A DNA stretch of 64,000 nucleotides from Callorhinchus milii (Eukaryota), in NCBI RefSeq assembly GCF_018977255.1, contig NW_024704742.1, positions 73,410,001 to 73,474,000 of the forward strand, read 5' to 3'. The translations under genes and the position numbers were made by a program. How positions within the stretch are numbered: position 1 is the stretch's first letter; every line of letters begins with the position of its first letter. Below the pieces are notes generated by a model that made no database searches, was not told where the DNA came from, and saw only the letters and a program-made list of their open reading frames with translations. Positions 50,587 through 64,000 of the stretch are shown one piece after another.

Positions 50587-52669
50587 CATTAGTCACTAGC
50601 AATGACTGAAGGAAAGAGTGTTGAATTTGTCTTCCACCAAATATAATTTCTGTATCACAAATTGGGGAATCTGGGGAGTGACAATGCAAAGGTAAAAAGG
50701 TTGAAGTAAGAGGAGAGAATCAAAGAAAAACCTGGCAGAAAAAGAAAAGAGCAGAGAGAAATAAAGGGATAAAGCATTGGCAGGAGACAGTAGGAGAGAA
50801 GGAAGAAAAACAAAAGGAGGAAACAAGGACACAATGAAATCAAAACAGCAATGTGGAAATGGGATTGGGATGACAACAACAATAACAACAATTTGCATTT
50901 ATATAGCACCCCTCACGCAGGGTAGCATTCCAGAGCGCTTGACAGTGGCGAAGTAGGATGGAGCACAGAGCTTGACACAATCAATTGGAAGTTAAACAGT
51001 AAGTTAGTAACATTGGTGTATAACCTTAGAATTTAAAAAAAAAGCCGTGATCACAAACATAAGAACAGATACAGAAAAGTGTGGAAATAATTCATTATTT
51101 CTATACTATTTTTGGAGTTGTGAATGCATAAGAACATAAACAAGAGGAACAATTCAAAATGTAAGAAAATACAGGAGGGAGGGAAGGAGGTGTGATCAAC
51201 AGAGAAGTTACTGCTCTGCAGGATTTTTAAAAAAATACTGTACTTATATTTTGACAGTGTAAGATCTTATCAGGTTTGGACCTCCCATCAGTTGCCCGTG
51301 TGCTGCCCAAGTGGATTAATCTGTCTCTTCAATCAGTAGCTTTTTGACACAGCACTCAATCTGATCTCCTTTCGGGGGGGTTACTTTAGATTGCTGTTCT
51401 CTCCAGTAACCTTGATTCTTTCATTAAGAGTTGATGTTTCCATTTGTATCTCGGACAGTGGAGTGGGAATCTTCTCCTGCTCTAATCATTGGAATGATCC
51501 AAGTCATTCTTCGCTGAGCACTTTACCCCGCTGGGTATCCATCTAATGATCAATGCAGTCTCCGGTCAATCATCATGAACCAGCTAGATAGCATTACTTC
51601 TTGTATAACATGCCACAATATGTGCTTTCTATATATCCTTGATCATGACTCTACAGTATTCCATCCAGCCTGAGGATTGGGAACAATACTCCCTAGCCAC
51701 AATATCATTGGTGTATAAATGTATGGTGCTGCAGAAGGTACATGAAACACCCTCAGGCTGTCTCTAATGAGCATAAAGTAAAAACCCAGCGAAAAGGGGA
51801 GACTGCCACACAATGCAAGACATGCTGCAAGACAATGTCCTTTCTATCATTATTATAGCATTCAGAACACAAAATTTCCTTCAAATAAATTGTATGCTTT
51901 TATTGTTTGTTTCAGTGAAAACATAGGAGTGGTTTCTTGTAGATGCTCTGCACAAATCATAGTGCCAGAAAAGAGTAATGCAGTTAATTTATTGTGAAAC
52001 TTTTTTTGTAAGATTTAATTGTGAAGGTCATGATACGCTTTGATCCATATACCCAAAAGACTAAATTAACATAACATTTTTGGATCATTACAAATCAAGC
52101 TTGAAGTCAATGTATACTCTGTGGTTTATTCATGAATATACATTAATTCCAGCTGACAGGAACTGGAATTATACCACTAACAATTATAAAACCAGGAGCA
52201 TGTGTCATTCACATTGATTTCCTCTTCCTGCAGAATATTGCAGCCTTTAATGAACAAGGAACGTTGAAGGTTGATTTATATTTATAAAGCACATTGCAAG
52301 AATTGGCAATGGATATGATATAAGGTTGGACACATAGAAATAACAAACTATCATAGATTTATGCCAAAAATCAAGAAATATTCAATCAAGAAATATATAT
52401 TTTGTTGGCCAACCAAAGAGATTGACCACCACTGATTTAAAGTAATGATGTCAACCATGCTTAGCTTCTAATAGTGTAGATTACATTTAAGCCATAAAAA
52501 TGCATTGCTCCTTTAAGTTCCTTCTTGCACCCAGGTATATTTATTTATACTAAAATATATACTGCTTTTTCATACGTTATAGCACAATACATCGAGTTTT
52601 TGTGCATTGACTATTTTCAAAGATTTGTGGACCTTAGAGTAGTTGAGCTTCAGCACAGCGCAGTAATTC

Positions 52670-52987
52670 TGGAGTCCTGTAGCTCAGTGGTTAGAGCACC
52701 CGCTTTGCAAGCGAGAGACCTGAGTTCAATTCCAGGCACAGGGCGAAACCTTGGGCAAGTTTCCTTATTCTACACAGAGCCTAATAATAATCCCTCCAAA
52801 ACCAAAAACAATAATAAAATTAGTCATTTTCAATCTACGACTGTTTGTGGGACATCGCTGTGCGCAATTGGCTGCCGCGTTCGCCCACACATATACAGTC
52901 AATTCACTTTCCAGAGTGTTCTGTGAAGCGCTTTGGGATGTCCTCCCGACGTGAAAAGCGCTATATCAAATGCAAGGATTATTATAA
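52670..52987 (+). mobile_element. tRNA-Ala-like SINE (short subtype), well preserved
   Basis: A box tagctcagtgg, anticodon-like loop tttgcaa, B box gagttcaattcc, L2-type stem-loop tail. Confidence 0.93.
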
Positions 52988-53299
52988 TGCTGAGCTCCTC
53001 CAGTACTGTCTATTTATACATTTTACTAGTCAGTAGAATTTCACAGCAGATGAGCCATCACTGATGGCTCCTACAGGACGGTGCACAATTCTGCAGCTGA
53101 TCTTTATGTTAATTAGAGAAATGATAGGATTGGCAAATGTTGCATGAGAGTACCGTTCACGTAATTTCCCGCAATCATAAGATATTTTCAGTGCTAGCTG
53201 TAAATACTGCAGAGGCCGGGTGGGGGTGGGGGTGTGGGCTGGGGGGAGGGGGGAAATTGCACACAAACCAAGCACAACGTTGCTCTTCTCTGAATCTCA

Positions 53300-56200
53300 G
53301 CGATCATCTCACCCTTATCGACAGATCTGGCTGGACCACATAAAATGTAACCGGTCCAGCCCTCACCTCCGCTAAATCATCCTTTTGTTCCAAGGTAATC
53401 TTGGAGGTCAAAGACAACCCAAGGCTTCTCTACTTCAATACCAATCGGCTCCTCCATCCACCCTCTAATGCCTCACTCATCCTCTCCTCCAACTCCAATT
53501 GTGAGGAGATGCTGGATTTCCTTGAGACCAAAATCGAGGGGCCTCCACCCTCCCAACCATCACCACCTCCCCATCTCTCCCTCACACTCCAGCCCCTAGC
53601 CATCCCTCTCTCCACACTCCCAACGCCACTCCTTCCCCATCACTTTCTCACACTCTTGCCCCTACCCATCCCTCCCTCCACACCTTCAAACCTGTCTCCC
53701 CCTCCTCGCTCAACAACAATAACAACTTGCACTTATATATCACCATCCTCGCTGGGCGTCGTCTCAGAGCGCTTAACAATGGTGGAGGCGAGGGCCGAGC
53801 CAGGGGGAGGGGGAAAGTGACCATAGGCAGGGTCGAAAAGGAAGGTCTTCAGGTGCGACCTGAAGATGGGGAAGGAGGGGGCGAGGCGAAGGGGTTGAAG
53901 GAGGGAATTCCAAAGTTTCGGGGCATAGTGGCTGAAGACACAGCCACCAATGGTGGAGCAGAGGATTCGGGGGACGCGTAAGAGGCCGGACCTAGTAGAC
54001 GAGAGGCAGCGGGTACTGCTTGGGGAGAGAGTAGGTTGGAGAGGTAGGGGGGTGCCAAGGCATGGAGGGATTTAAACACTAGAGTGAGGATCTTGATCCG
54101 CTCTGTGACAGGGAATCAGTGGAGTTTGGCAAGGACTGGAGTACTTGGGGTACGAAGTTTAGTGCGGCTGAGAATTTGAGCGGCGGAGTTTTGAATGAGA
54201 TGAATGTTATGAATAGTGGAGGAGGGGAGACTGGCGAGGAGGGCATTATATTCCAGCTGAGAGGTGACAAAGGTATGGACAAGGGTTTTGGCAGCTTTTG
54301 GAGTGAGGTATTGTCGGAGACGGGCAGTGTGGCGGAGGTGGACGAAAGGTTTGCTGATCAGGGACCAGATGTGGGGGAGGAAAGATAACTGAGAATCGAA
54401 CCTGATACCTAAGTTGCGCATGGGTTCAGAGAGTTTTAAGGACAGGTCGGGTAGGTTGAGGAAGTCAGAACTGTGGAGTTTGAGGAGGTCTCACCACCAT
54501 TATAACCTGCATGAAGCCCACCACCTGCCTCCTTGTCCTCCTCAATCTCTCTGCTGCCTTTGACACTGTGGACCACTCTATCCTCCTCCACCGCCTCTCC
54601 TCTCACCTTCTCTGCAAACCTGCCTGCTCCCTCCGGTCTGCTCCATGTCTCCCGCCCGACCTCACCTACTATCGGTGGCCGGGCTTTTAGCCTCTCTGCC
54701 CGCACACTCTGGAACTCCATCCCACAGTCCCTTCGCCTCGCTTCCTCCATTGCCTCCTTCAGGGCCGGTCTCAAGACCCTCCTCTTCAATTGTGCCTTCG
54801 ATTCCTACCTCACGAACTGCCAGCAGTACATCTGCACAAACAGCTTCTCTTCCCGCTCTCACCCGGTCACCTGCGGGGTACCCTAAGGATCCATCCTTGG
54901 CCCCCTCCTCTTTCTGATCTATATGCTCCCTCTTGGGGATGTCATCCGCAGACATGGGGTACACTTCCACGTGTATGCGGACAGCACCCAACTTTATTTT
55001 CCCACCTCTCTTTGCGACCCCCAGTCCCCTGATGTTCTGTCAGCCTGCCTGTGAGACCTCAGGAGCTGGATGAGCGCGAATTTCCTTCAGCTCAACGTTG
55101 ACAAAACAAAGCCATACTCTTTGGCTCTCGTCAACGTCTAAAATCACATGGTTCTCACTTCCTCCACCTACCCGACCTCCCCCTAAAACTCTCCGAACCC
55201 ATACGCATCCTAGGCATCAGGTTCGACCCCCAATTATCCTTCCTCCCCACATCTGGTCCCTCACCAGCACCGCTTTCTTCCACCTCCAACACATCGCCCG
55301 TCTCCGCCAATACCTCACCCCAAAAGCCGCTGAAACCCTGGTCTATGCCTTTGGCACCTCTCGGCTGGACTATTCAAATGCCCTCCTTGCCGGTCTCCCC
55401 TCCACTACCACTCATAAAATCCAGGTCATATAAAACTCTGCCGCCCGCATTCTTACCCGCACCAAACTTCGCTCCCCGATTACCCCAGTCCTTGCCAGAC
55501 TGCACTGGCTGCCTGTCCCAGAGAGGATCGACTTCAAAATCCTCACCCTTGTCTTCAAATTCCTCCACTCCACTGCTCCTCCCTACCTCTCTCCTCACAA
55601 CAGTGCCCGTTGCCTTCGCTCCACCGGGTCTGGCCTCCTCCTCCGCTCCACCATCGGCGGCCGTGCCTTCAGCCGCTATGCCCCGAGACTCTGCATCTCC
55701 CTTCCTCACTCCCTTCACCTCACTCCCTCTCTTCCCACTTTCAGGTCTCGGTTCAGGACCTTTCTTTACGACCGCGCCTTTGGTCACTTTCCTCCCCCTC
55801 CCCCTGGCTCGGCCCCGGGAGTCGTTACTGTGAAGTGCTCTGAGACACCGTCCAGTGTGGAGGATGCTATATAAATCCAAGTTGTTGTTGTTGTTCATTC
55901 ACCCTCCCACCTCTGTGTCTTCCCTCACCCCTTCCTCACCCCTCCCCCATGCTCAGATCCTGACCCCTGACTGTCCAGCACCTTGGGACGTCCTCCCCAC
56001 ATTAAAGGCGCTCTATAAATGTAATTTTGTTATTGTTGTTGTTAACGTTCAAGGTTCTGTCCTTCAATTATTCAGATCTTATCTCTCACACTGGCTCCAC
56101 TTTGTCTCCACAAATGGCTTCTCCTCCAGCTCCCACAGAGTCTCATGCAGTGTTCCTCAAGGCTCTGTCCTTGGTCCTCGCCTCTTCAACCTGTACAGGC

Positions 56201-57215
56201 TCCCTCTTGGTGACATCAGCCACAGATATGGGGTCAACTTCCATATGTACGCAGATGAAACCCAACTCTATCTCACTTCCTCCACTCTTGACCTCAGGAC
56301 AACTGACGTCCTGACAGACTGTTTGTCAGACATCAAATCCTGGATGAGAGCCAAAGTTCTATAGTTGAACATCAGCAAAACCAAGGCCCCTCTGTTTGGC
56401 TCGGGCCAGTGCCTCCACACCTCAGGCATTGGCAGCATCAGAATCCATGGATGCACACTTCACCTCACCAAGCCAGTCAGGAAACTGGTCATCTTGTTTG
56501 ACCCTCAACTGTACTTTCTTCCCCACATGACCCGCTCTGCCTTCCCCAACCTCCCCAATATTGCCCGACTGCCACTGCCTCACCCCTCAGGTCGCCAAAA
56601 CCCTCATACTTGCATTCATTACAACCAGGCTCGACAATGCAAGGCACCCGTTTGTCATCTTTCCCAACTCTTTCCTCCACAAACTGTAGATTATCCAGGA
56701 CTCTGCAGCTCGTGTCCTCTCCCGTACCAGGCTCTGTGACCCCATCACACCCACCCTCACTCAGCTCCACTGGCTTCCTATTCCTCAGAGGTTTGAGTTC
56801 AAAATTCTCGTCCTCACCTTCAAAGCCCTCCATGGCCTTACCTCCTCCGAACTCTCCGACCTGCTTAGCCCTTATCAACCTGTCCGCTCCCTCCGCTCAG
56901 CAGGTTCCAACCTGCTCCAACCTGCTCCATGGACCCCGCCCGCCCCCACCTACCATCGGCGGTCCAGCCTTCAGCCTCTCTGCCCGCACCCACTGGAACT
57001 CCATCCCACAGTCCCTTCGCCTTGCTCCCTCTCTTGCCTCCTTCAAGGCACGACCTAAGACCCTCTTCTTCAACTGTACCTTCGGCCACCCTCCTACCTT
57101 ATACCCTCCCTTTTCCCAACCCCTCCCCCCCACTTGGCTCTGGTCCTGATCCCTGACTGTTCAGCGCCTTGGGACGTCCTCCCGACATGAAAGGCGCTTT
57201 GCAAATATAATATTG
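53300..57215. mobile_element. Nested cluster of at least six L2 fragments from two or more subfamilies, in both orientations
   Basis: + internal piece 53300-53700, - copy 53710-54500, chimeric + pieces 54525-55895, + 3' tail 55900-56043, + copy 56045-57215 (MYADETQLY). Confidence 0.88.
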
Positions 57216-58455
57216 TATTATGTTATATTATCAATAGAAAACAATCCAGCTCTGAGAATTACTTGTCTGTTTAGGCCTAATAACAGCAAATGGCAGACAA
57301 CTTACAGATTGTTGGTTAAATATATTCTGTGAAGTGCTTTGAGACGTCTCAAATGGTGTGATAAAGCGCTATATCAAATGCAAGAATTTTCATTATGATT
57401 AAAGAGGATAACATTTGCAGCACACACTATTTAAATAGCATTGGAAGTAGTCTGGAAAATATCACAGCGACACACAATGTAGTTATTAGACTTTAATTCT
57501 GAGAATAGCTATTTGTTTTTCATAATGATGTGATGAAATTGCTTTTTCACAGTGGATGAAATTGATGACCAAGAGATGTAAAGAACTTTGGCTCTTGCTT
57601 GTGCATTGAATTTCAAAAAAGAGGATTAAATCAAAGACTGCGTTGCCTGAGAACACTAAGACAGGGATGTAACCCTTTCTTTGATATAAAATTGTGCTTT
57701 GGTTTTAACAATTCTCCCTCGGCAGTTTAATTTGTGTTTCTGTTGGTCTATTGTGGGTTTTGTTATTTTCCATTTATGTGTCACCATAAATATTGAAAGG
57801 CAGCATTCGCTCCCAGCTGTAAATAATGCAAATTGCATTCCTTGCAAGGGATTATTAAATAACATCTACAACATTCAGTAGACAAATGGGCTTTACAATA
57901 ACTTCAGCAAGACCTGGGGTTTATGTGGAGGGGAAATCCGGGCAAGTGTCCAGTGGTTTCAGAATCCAAATTGAAGCAAGATTTTAATATGAAGAATGCT
58001 GTGAGCTTTGGTTTAGTTTGGATTATTTTGAAATATATTGCACTTGTCCCTCAATAACAACAACAACTTGATTTCAAAGCACGTTTCATTTAGAAATAAT
58101 GTATATAATTTTTGCATTTGATATAGCACCTTATCAATAATAACAACAACAAAATCACATTTGTATCATGCCTTTCACATTGGGAGGATGTCCCAATGTT
58201 GTTGAGATGACTCAAAAGTGCTTCACAATATATATTGGAAAGGGTATATACTGTGTGTATTTTCTGGGCGAATCAACAAACAAAAGAATGAATGTCTCAA
58301 AGCGTTTCACATCAGTGGTGGGGATCAGAGAGGGATAATGACCAAAGCCTGGATCAAAGAGATAGGTTTTAGGAGTGTTTTGAAGGAGGGAGCAAAAATG
58401 CAGGTCAAATAGGATTTGGGGAGAAAGTTCCAGAAAGTGGGGGGAAGGAAAAGTA

Positions 58456-58575
58456 GGAGTCTTGTAGCTTAGTGGTTAGAGCACTCGACTCACAAGCAAG
58501 AGACCTGGGTTCGATTCCCAGGAGGGCAAAACCTTGGGCAAGTTTCCTTACTCCACACGCCTGATAATAATCCCT
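58456..58575 (+). mobile_element. SINE 5' head fragment
   Basis: ggagtcttgtagcttagtggttagagcac...gggttcgattccc. Confidence 0.85.
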
Positions 58576-58952
58576 TAAGATTTGGGGGATTGTTGGCCAG
58601 GACGCCGGGAGCAGACGGGTCCTAGGGTTAACGTCTGATCTCAAGGATGACACCTTCAAGGTCATTACGAATTCAAAATTTAAATAAAACTATCTTCACT
58701 TATTCTCATTTGCAAGATAGTTCAGATGAATTCATTTATTGAAACCTAAAATGAACAGATATAGATGAATTCAGCTGTGTTTTTATGTAAATGAGCACTG
58801 TTTGACGCAGTTCCATCAATCCACCATTCTCATCCCCTAAATACAATAGCTACTGCTGTGACACCAACTATTTATTCAAACACTCTCTTTCACCCTGTTA
58901 CCTGCTGAACCTCCTACTCATCATTTTACGTCCTGTATATATCCTTAAATAT

Positions 58953-59273
58953 AGTCCTGTAGCTCAGTGGTTAGAGCACTCGCTTTGCAAGTGAGAGACC
59001 TGAGTTCAATTCCCGGCAGGGCGAAACCTTGGGCAAGTTTCCTTACTCCACACCCCTAATAATAATCCCTCCAAAACCAAAAACAATAATAAATTGGTCA
59101 TTTTCAATCTACGACTGTTTGTGGGACATTGCTGTGCGCAATTGGCTGCCGCGTTCGCCCACAAATATAGTCAATTCACTTTACAGTGTGTTCTGTGAAG
59201 CGCTTTGGGATGTCCTCCTGACATGAAAAGCGCTATATCAAATGCAAGGATTATTATTATTATTATTATTATT
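58953..59273 (+). mobile_element. tRNA-Ala-like SINE (short subtype), well preserved
   Basis: Intact A and B boxes, long pure (ATT)n tail. Confidence 0.93.
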
Positions 59274-59724
59274 GTCCTTTGAGAATATCTGATTCCTTGG
59301 CCCTTTAAGTTACAATCTTTGGTTTCAGTCTGTTGGCTCTTTTCTTCAGCTGTCTGAATTATATTATTACAATCAAATTATAATTTATTACTCATACCAT
59401 AATTGTAATTATATTAATCAAAAATATATAATTAACATCAATAAACATTTATACAATTCTCCCCCTAAGCTCCCCAATTAGCTTGGGCCCCAATTAGCTG
59501 TGTGAATCACTTTGATATATCTTCACGATGTGAAAGACGCTATAAAATGTAAATTGTTATTGTTGTGCAATTGTTTTAAACTTTCTTTTCGATTTAGGTT
59601 TGCTTTTGGCCATGGGAAAGCACACTTTCGCTTTCCATCTCCCTCACCACCCAATCCATCCCTCCAGAGTCTTCTCACTATCGGATATTCTCTCCCTTCT
59701 GGGAAAGTTGGTAGCTTACAATTG

Positions 59725-60085
59725 GAGTAGCGCTTTCACCTCTGAGTCAGGAGGTTGTGAGTTCAAATTCCATGTACAGACTAGGAGCTCACAGTCGGCT
59801 AATACTCCAGTGCAGTGAGGAGCTGCCGTCTTTCGAATGAGATTTTGAACTGAGGTCTCATCTGCCTATTTAAGTAAATGATAGAAATCCCATGACATTA
59901 TTAAAAAAAATGGGACTTTCTCCTAGTGTTCTGGCCGACAATCAACGTGATAAAAAATGCTTATTCGTTAAAATTGCTTCCTGTCAATTGGCCTTCAAAT
60001 ACAGTTACTACACTTTACAGTAAATTCTGCAAAGCTCTTCAGGTTTTGATGACGTGCTAAAATATTACATCAATTGCATTATATT
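59725..60085 (+). mobile_element. Older Deu-domain-type SINE
   Basis: cacctctgagtcaggaggttgtgagttcaaattcc head; gctgccgtctttcgaatgagat...gaggtctcatctgcc core. Confidence 0.7.
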
Positions 60086-60834
60086 TTTTATAAAGTTGGA
60101 GGATCTATGCCCATTGATTCTCTGCAATCGCTCTTGATGTCAGTTTACTATTGGCCATTGTAGTTCAAATAGAATGAAATAAGGGACTGACATCTTCCCT
60201 CTGTCAGATACTGCAGTCACAGCTACTCACCAAACTGCAGCAAAGCGAGTCAAGCTGTTAGGCAGAGCTTCAAGTGTGAATCACAGCTTCATGGTCAGGA
60301 GTCAAGTGCTCCAGCAACTGAGGTAGAAGGCTGCTCTTTTCATTTACTCTGCTTTGCTTGACTTTAGAGAAAAAAGCAAATCTTTTAACTATAATTAAAC
60401 CTTCTGCCCAACAGGAATAAACCTCAAATGTGAATAAATCCTTTGTGACAGTGGCTTAAATCATGCGTTTAAGAATACACTCAAACTCAATGTCTGCACG
60501 TAAATGATTACTTAGGTTACAATCTAATGATCCAGGTCTGGCCATCCCATAGGGAATATCAATGTCTTCCTATCACAATGTACTTCTCAAAATGAAAAAT
60601 AGATCAATACAACGATTTTCAATTTAATCAATGTGGAATATTTATGGGTAGACTAATTTAATCCAGCGTGCAGACATTTACTCAGATCTAAGAGCAGCTC
60701 TGACCCAGCTGCTAGACACCAGAGAAACTGTCACTCTCATGTCAACAAATTTAATTAAAATTGTGAGGTCAAAGGTTGTGAGGTTTGAGCAAACCCTGGC
60801 AAACTTAAAGCAATTTCTATCAAAAAAACACTTT

Positions 60835-61130
60835 TTGGGGTGTCAGCCGGGTGTCTGACACATGTGGAAACCCATCACCATGCTTAAGAGTATCCAAACC
60901 AAACTGAGAGTTCCATGATTCCCACCTACACATGGAAATTCATGAGATATTTATTGAAATGGAATGCACACTGTCTACCTGGAGGGACACATCCTGCTTA
61001 CCTAATTCCCGAGAGTATTGGCGAGGTTGGCAAGAACTTGGGTGTCTCAAAGTGTGTATTGAAGTACTGCTGGAGTCAAACCAGCTAATACTGCATAGCT
61101 TTCTACTGAGAGCACTGTCTGCCAAGCTTT
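60835..61130. repeat. Unclassified ~290-bp interspersed repeat, inverse of 10395-10680
   Basis: ccaaaccaaactgaga...cacctacacatggaaat...catcctgcttacc...gtactgctggagtc shared. Confidence 0.75.
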
Positions 61131-62714
61131 CCCTCTGCCTATTCAATGTGCCTTCCCTTTGGCTTTGAATTGCAGGGTTAACAGGAGTTGAGTGGAAAGA
61201 ATCCACGTCCCCAGTGATTTCAAGTCCTGTTAATAAGCCAGGATGGCTGTGCTGTAATCAGCAGTGCGCTGGAGTATTGTGGACCTGCCTGGCTTAGGAA
61301 CCGGACTGCCAAGACTGCCACAGAGGGTTGGCTCAATTCTGGCATTCTGTTGCCAAACATTTCAGCTCAGCTCCAACAAGACCCCACTTACCTTCTCCTC
61401 ATTGCAGGACACAATAGGAAATACAGGACTTTACAGAACACTCTAAGACATTGTGGGACATTCAATTCAACAGGCAAGTGAATAGCACAGCGTGCCTAAA
61501 CTAATTTTAACCCAAATTTGTCACTATATCACTTCAGTGACTCTGAACTCCAAACAAGAGTAAACCTATTTCATTCAGTTTGAATTGATGTAATTGTTCA
61601 AATACAATTACTAACAGGATTCCTCAATAAGGAACCTGAAAGTTACTGCAGTGTCCTATAGTGTGCCAACTATGAGCATTCCGCTCCAACACAATCTAGG
61701 TTTCTAGCAGAGTTCTTGTGGTTCGTGTGATGTGCATGACATACTGGGGATTGTTGTAAGTAACCCCACTGTGATTCCTTATAAAGGAATCCAGTTAGAA
61801 ATGTCACCTACAATATAATCAAAGGAGATACAGTGTGTGATCTTGCTTTCACCTTAATTTCAAGTTGAACATATTATAGGTGATACTCTGGTTTCCCATC
61901 TTCGAATTCTGACTAGACACCGTGCTTCCAGCATTTTGCTCAACACTGGAAACAGTGATCTACTTAAACGAAGCTCAAGAAAGATATCAAATAAATGTTG
62001 TCCTGTGTTAGAAATCATTTTGTTATGCGGGCATTATTATGTCCATCAGACAAAGTGCTGAATTTCATTTCCTTTATTCATCGGTTGCTAACAACTTTAT
62101 CAATTTGTGTTCACTAGCACGAAAATGATGTGAAATATCAGTTCAAATTTGCTTTTCCCTATCATCTGGCGAACATATTAAATAATTCTATCAAAGAATT
62201 TATTGAATCTGGGACATGAGATTATTTATAGATAACTTTGCTTGTCTGTGGAATTCTATTGAGTTACAAAAACAAAAATAGCCATGCAAAAAACAAATGA
62301 ATGTTGCAACTACCAACTGACCCTGGAGGTGCTCACTTCAGAGCTCTATTGATTTATGTTGGTGAAGGTACACAACATTGTTTTTATTAGGAATTCTTTA
62401 CTTAGCTGCAACCTCTAAATGCCTTTCTTAAACATCTACAAAACTTGATCTTTTGGAATTTCATGGCATTATTTGGAAAAGAGAAAACAGTTCCTCCTGT
62501 TGTCCTGGTCAACGATAAATTTGCTCATTCACTTTGTGGTTGTTTGCTATTTGCAAATGGGCTGCCGCATTCACCTACAAATACACAGAAACTACACTTT
62601 ACAGTACATCCTGTGAAGTGCTTTGATATGCTTTGAGAAGGCTCCTGACGTGAAAGGTGCTATTTACATGTGTTTGACATTGCTCCTGCGGTTTAGCTAT
62701 CTTTTTTGACTATA

Positions 62715-62920
62715 TAATCATAGCATCATAGAATTATACAGTACAGGAGACCATATGGCCCATCGTGTCTGTGGCGGCTCTTTGAAAAAAGCTATCCGAA
62801 TCAATCCCACTCCCCCACTCTCTCCCCATAGCCCTGCAAACTTATCCTCCCCAAATAATTATCTACGTCTCTCTTAAAAGTTATTATTGAATCGGCTCCC
62901 ATCACCCTTTCAGGCACTAA
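62715..62920 (-). mobile_element. CR1 3' terminal fragment
   Basis: ADSIITFKRDVDNYLGRISLQGYGERVGEW and a catagaat-type tail. Confidence 0.8.
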
Positions 62921-64000
62921 TAAGTCACTTTGGGTAAAATAATCTAATTTTATGAAGTTCTTAGGCTGCTCTGATGTGATACGGTGGTATCCCAAACACA
63001 ATTATCCCCCCTCCCTCTAAGGCAAGAGACACCAGGACTTGTAGAATTCTACTCAGAGTCAACAGCTTTGATTGAAGAGGAGGAAGAGAATTGAAGAAGG
63101 AATGGGTACTTTAAAACAACATGTCCCTTTTCTGTTCACTTATATTTTACATTCTTTATGCTTCTGCTCCAGTCAGCTAATGTGACTGCTTTTACCTTTA
63201 AGACTTTGCTTAAACAGGAAGCTGTGTTCTATTAACCTTTATTCTGCTTCAAAGCACCTTGTAGTTTGGTCAGGCATTCACCCATCTAACTTGTTCCTTG
63301 GTGAAGGTTCGTGATAAAATCATGAGTATGAAATGCAACAGATAACCAATTGGGATCTTAACTTCCAGGATATTAAATAGCTTTCACGGTGCACAGTGAA
63401 AGCTTTCACAGCCATTTATGTAATATACTTATTGCTAACCTTTTTAACAGTTCAATGGTAATATCTTTAAGTGCTGCCTTTCATCAATAATCAGAACCAT
63501 AAGCTTCCACTACAAAACCTTTTCTTTCTACTATGAAATACGGTTTGCTATTAGTGTTATTATATGTCAAGCATCTGATCGTTCTAGTTATGGATAATTT
63601 TTCAGCTGTCAGTAAGACACTGATATATTTTACATCTGGCAAAATCTATGGATTTAGACATAATACAAAAGTATATTGTAGGTTTCATTTTATTTTTATG
63701 TTTACACTTGTTTTTAATTCAAAGAGGTCCTGATGAAAAAATGGTTGGTATTTTCCATCTAATTTCTTGTAAGTACTGTACAAATCCAGCAGCCCTCAAA
63801 TTGGACATGGTTTACTTGCTATTAATATAGCAAACAGATCACAAGACAAGTGAGTGAGGGATGTTGACATTGGAGATTGGCTATGAATCTAGGATCAGTT
63901 CCCTTAACTTACTGGAATTCTGTTACACCCCATAAAATGTATACAGAACATCAGAGTCTAATTGGTGGTATTGTATTTCAGGGGGAATTTCTTAAATCCA

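Noticed and set aside
52670..52745. tRNA-Ala(TGC)-like gene, also at 58953 and other copies
   Set aside because: Acceptor stem not completed and it runs into the SINE body; these are SINE heads
57553..57585. Acceptor followed by DEIDDQEM* as a terminal coding exon
   Set aside because: Too short, and no upstream coding exons could be linked

Overview
Eukaryotic, repeat-rich, gene-poor vertebrate DNA. The repeat content (L2-clade LINEs with (GTT)n tails, a tRNA-Ala-headed SINE with CORE-like and Deu-like domains and an L2 tail, CR1 remnants, shark-type Penelope-like termini) points to a cartilaginous fish, probably a chimaera; this is inference. I found no recognisable intact host protein-coding gene. 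Almost every long ORF in the track is an L2 reverse-transcriptase fragment, an antisense shadow frame or a (CA)n artefact. Highlights: (1) an intronless decayed reading frame of about 530 codons on the minus strand at about 20955-22790, split by a SINE and matching no host gene or transposon I recognise, a candidate endogenous viral element; (2) a CpG island at about 14.3-19.5 kb with clustered splice signals suggesting a spliced non-coding transcript, one exon of which is duplicated as a ~97% identical inverted copy within (CA)n/(TG)n tracts; (3) hammerhead-ribozyme-like cores in Penelope-like termini; (4) a young 5'-truncated L2 with a 10-bp TSD and an uninterrupted RT C-terminus, sharing a covarying 3' stem-loop with its partner SINE; (5) several MITE or foldback structures. 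Repeat boundaries are approximate unless a TSD or TIR is quoted.
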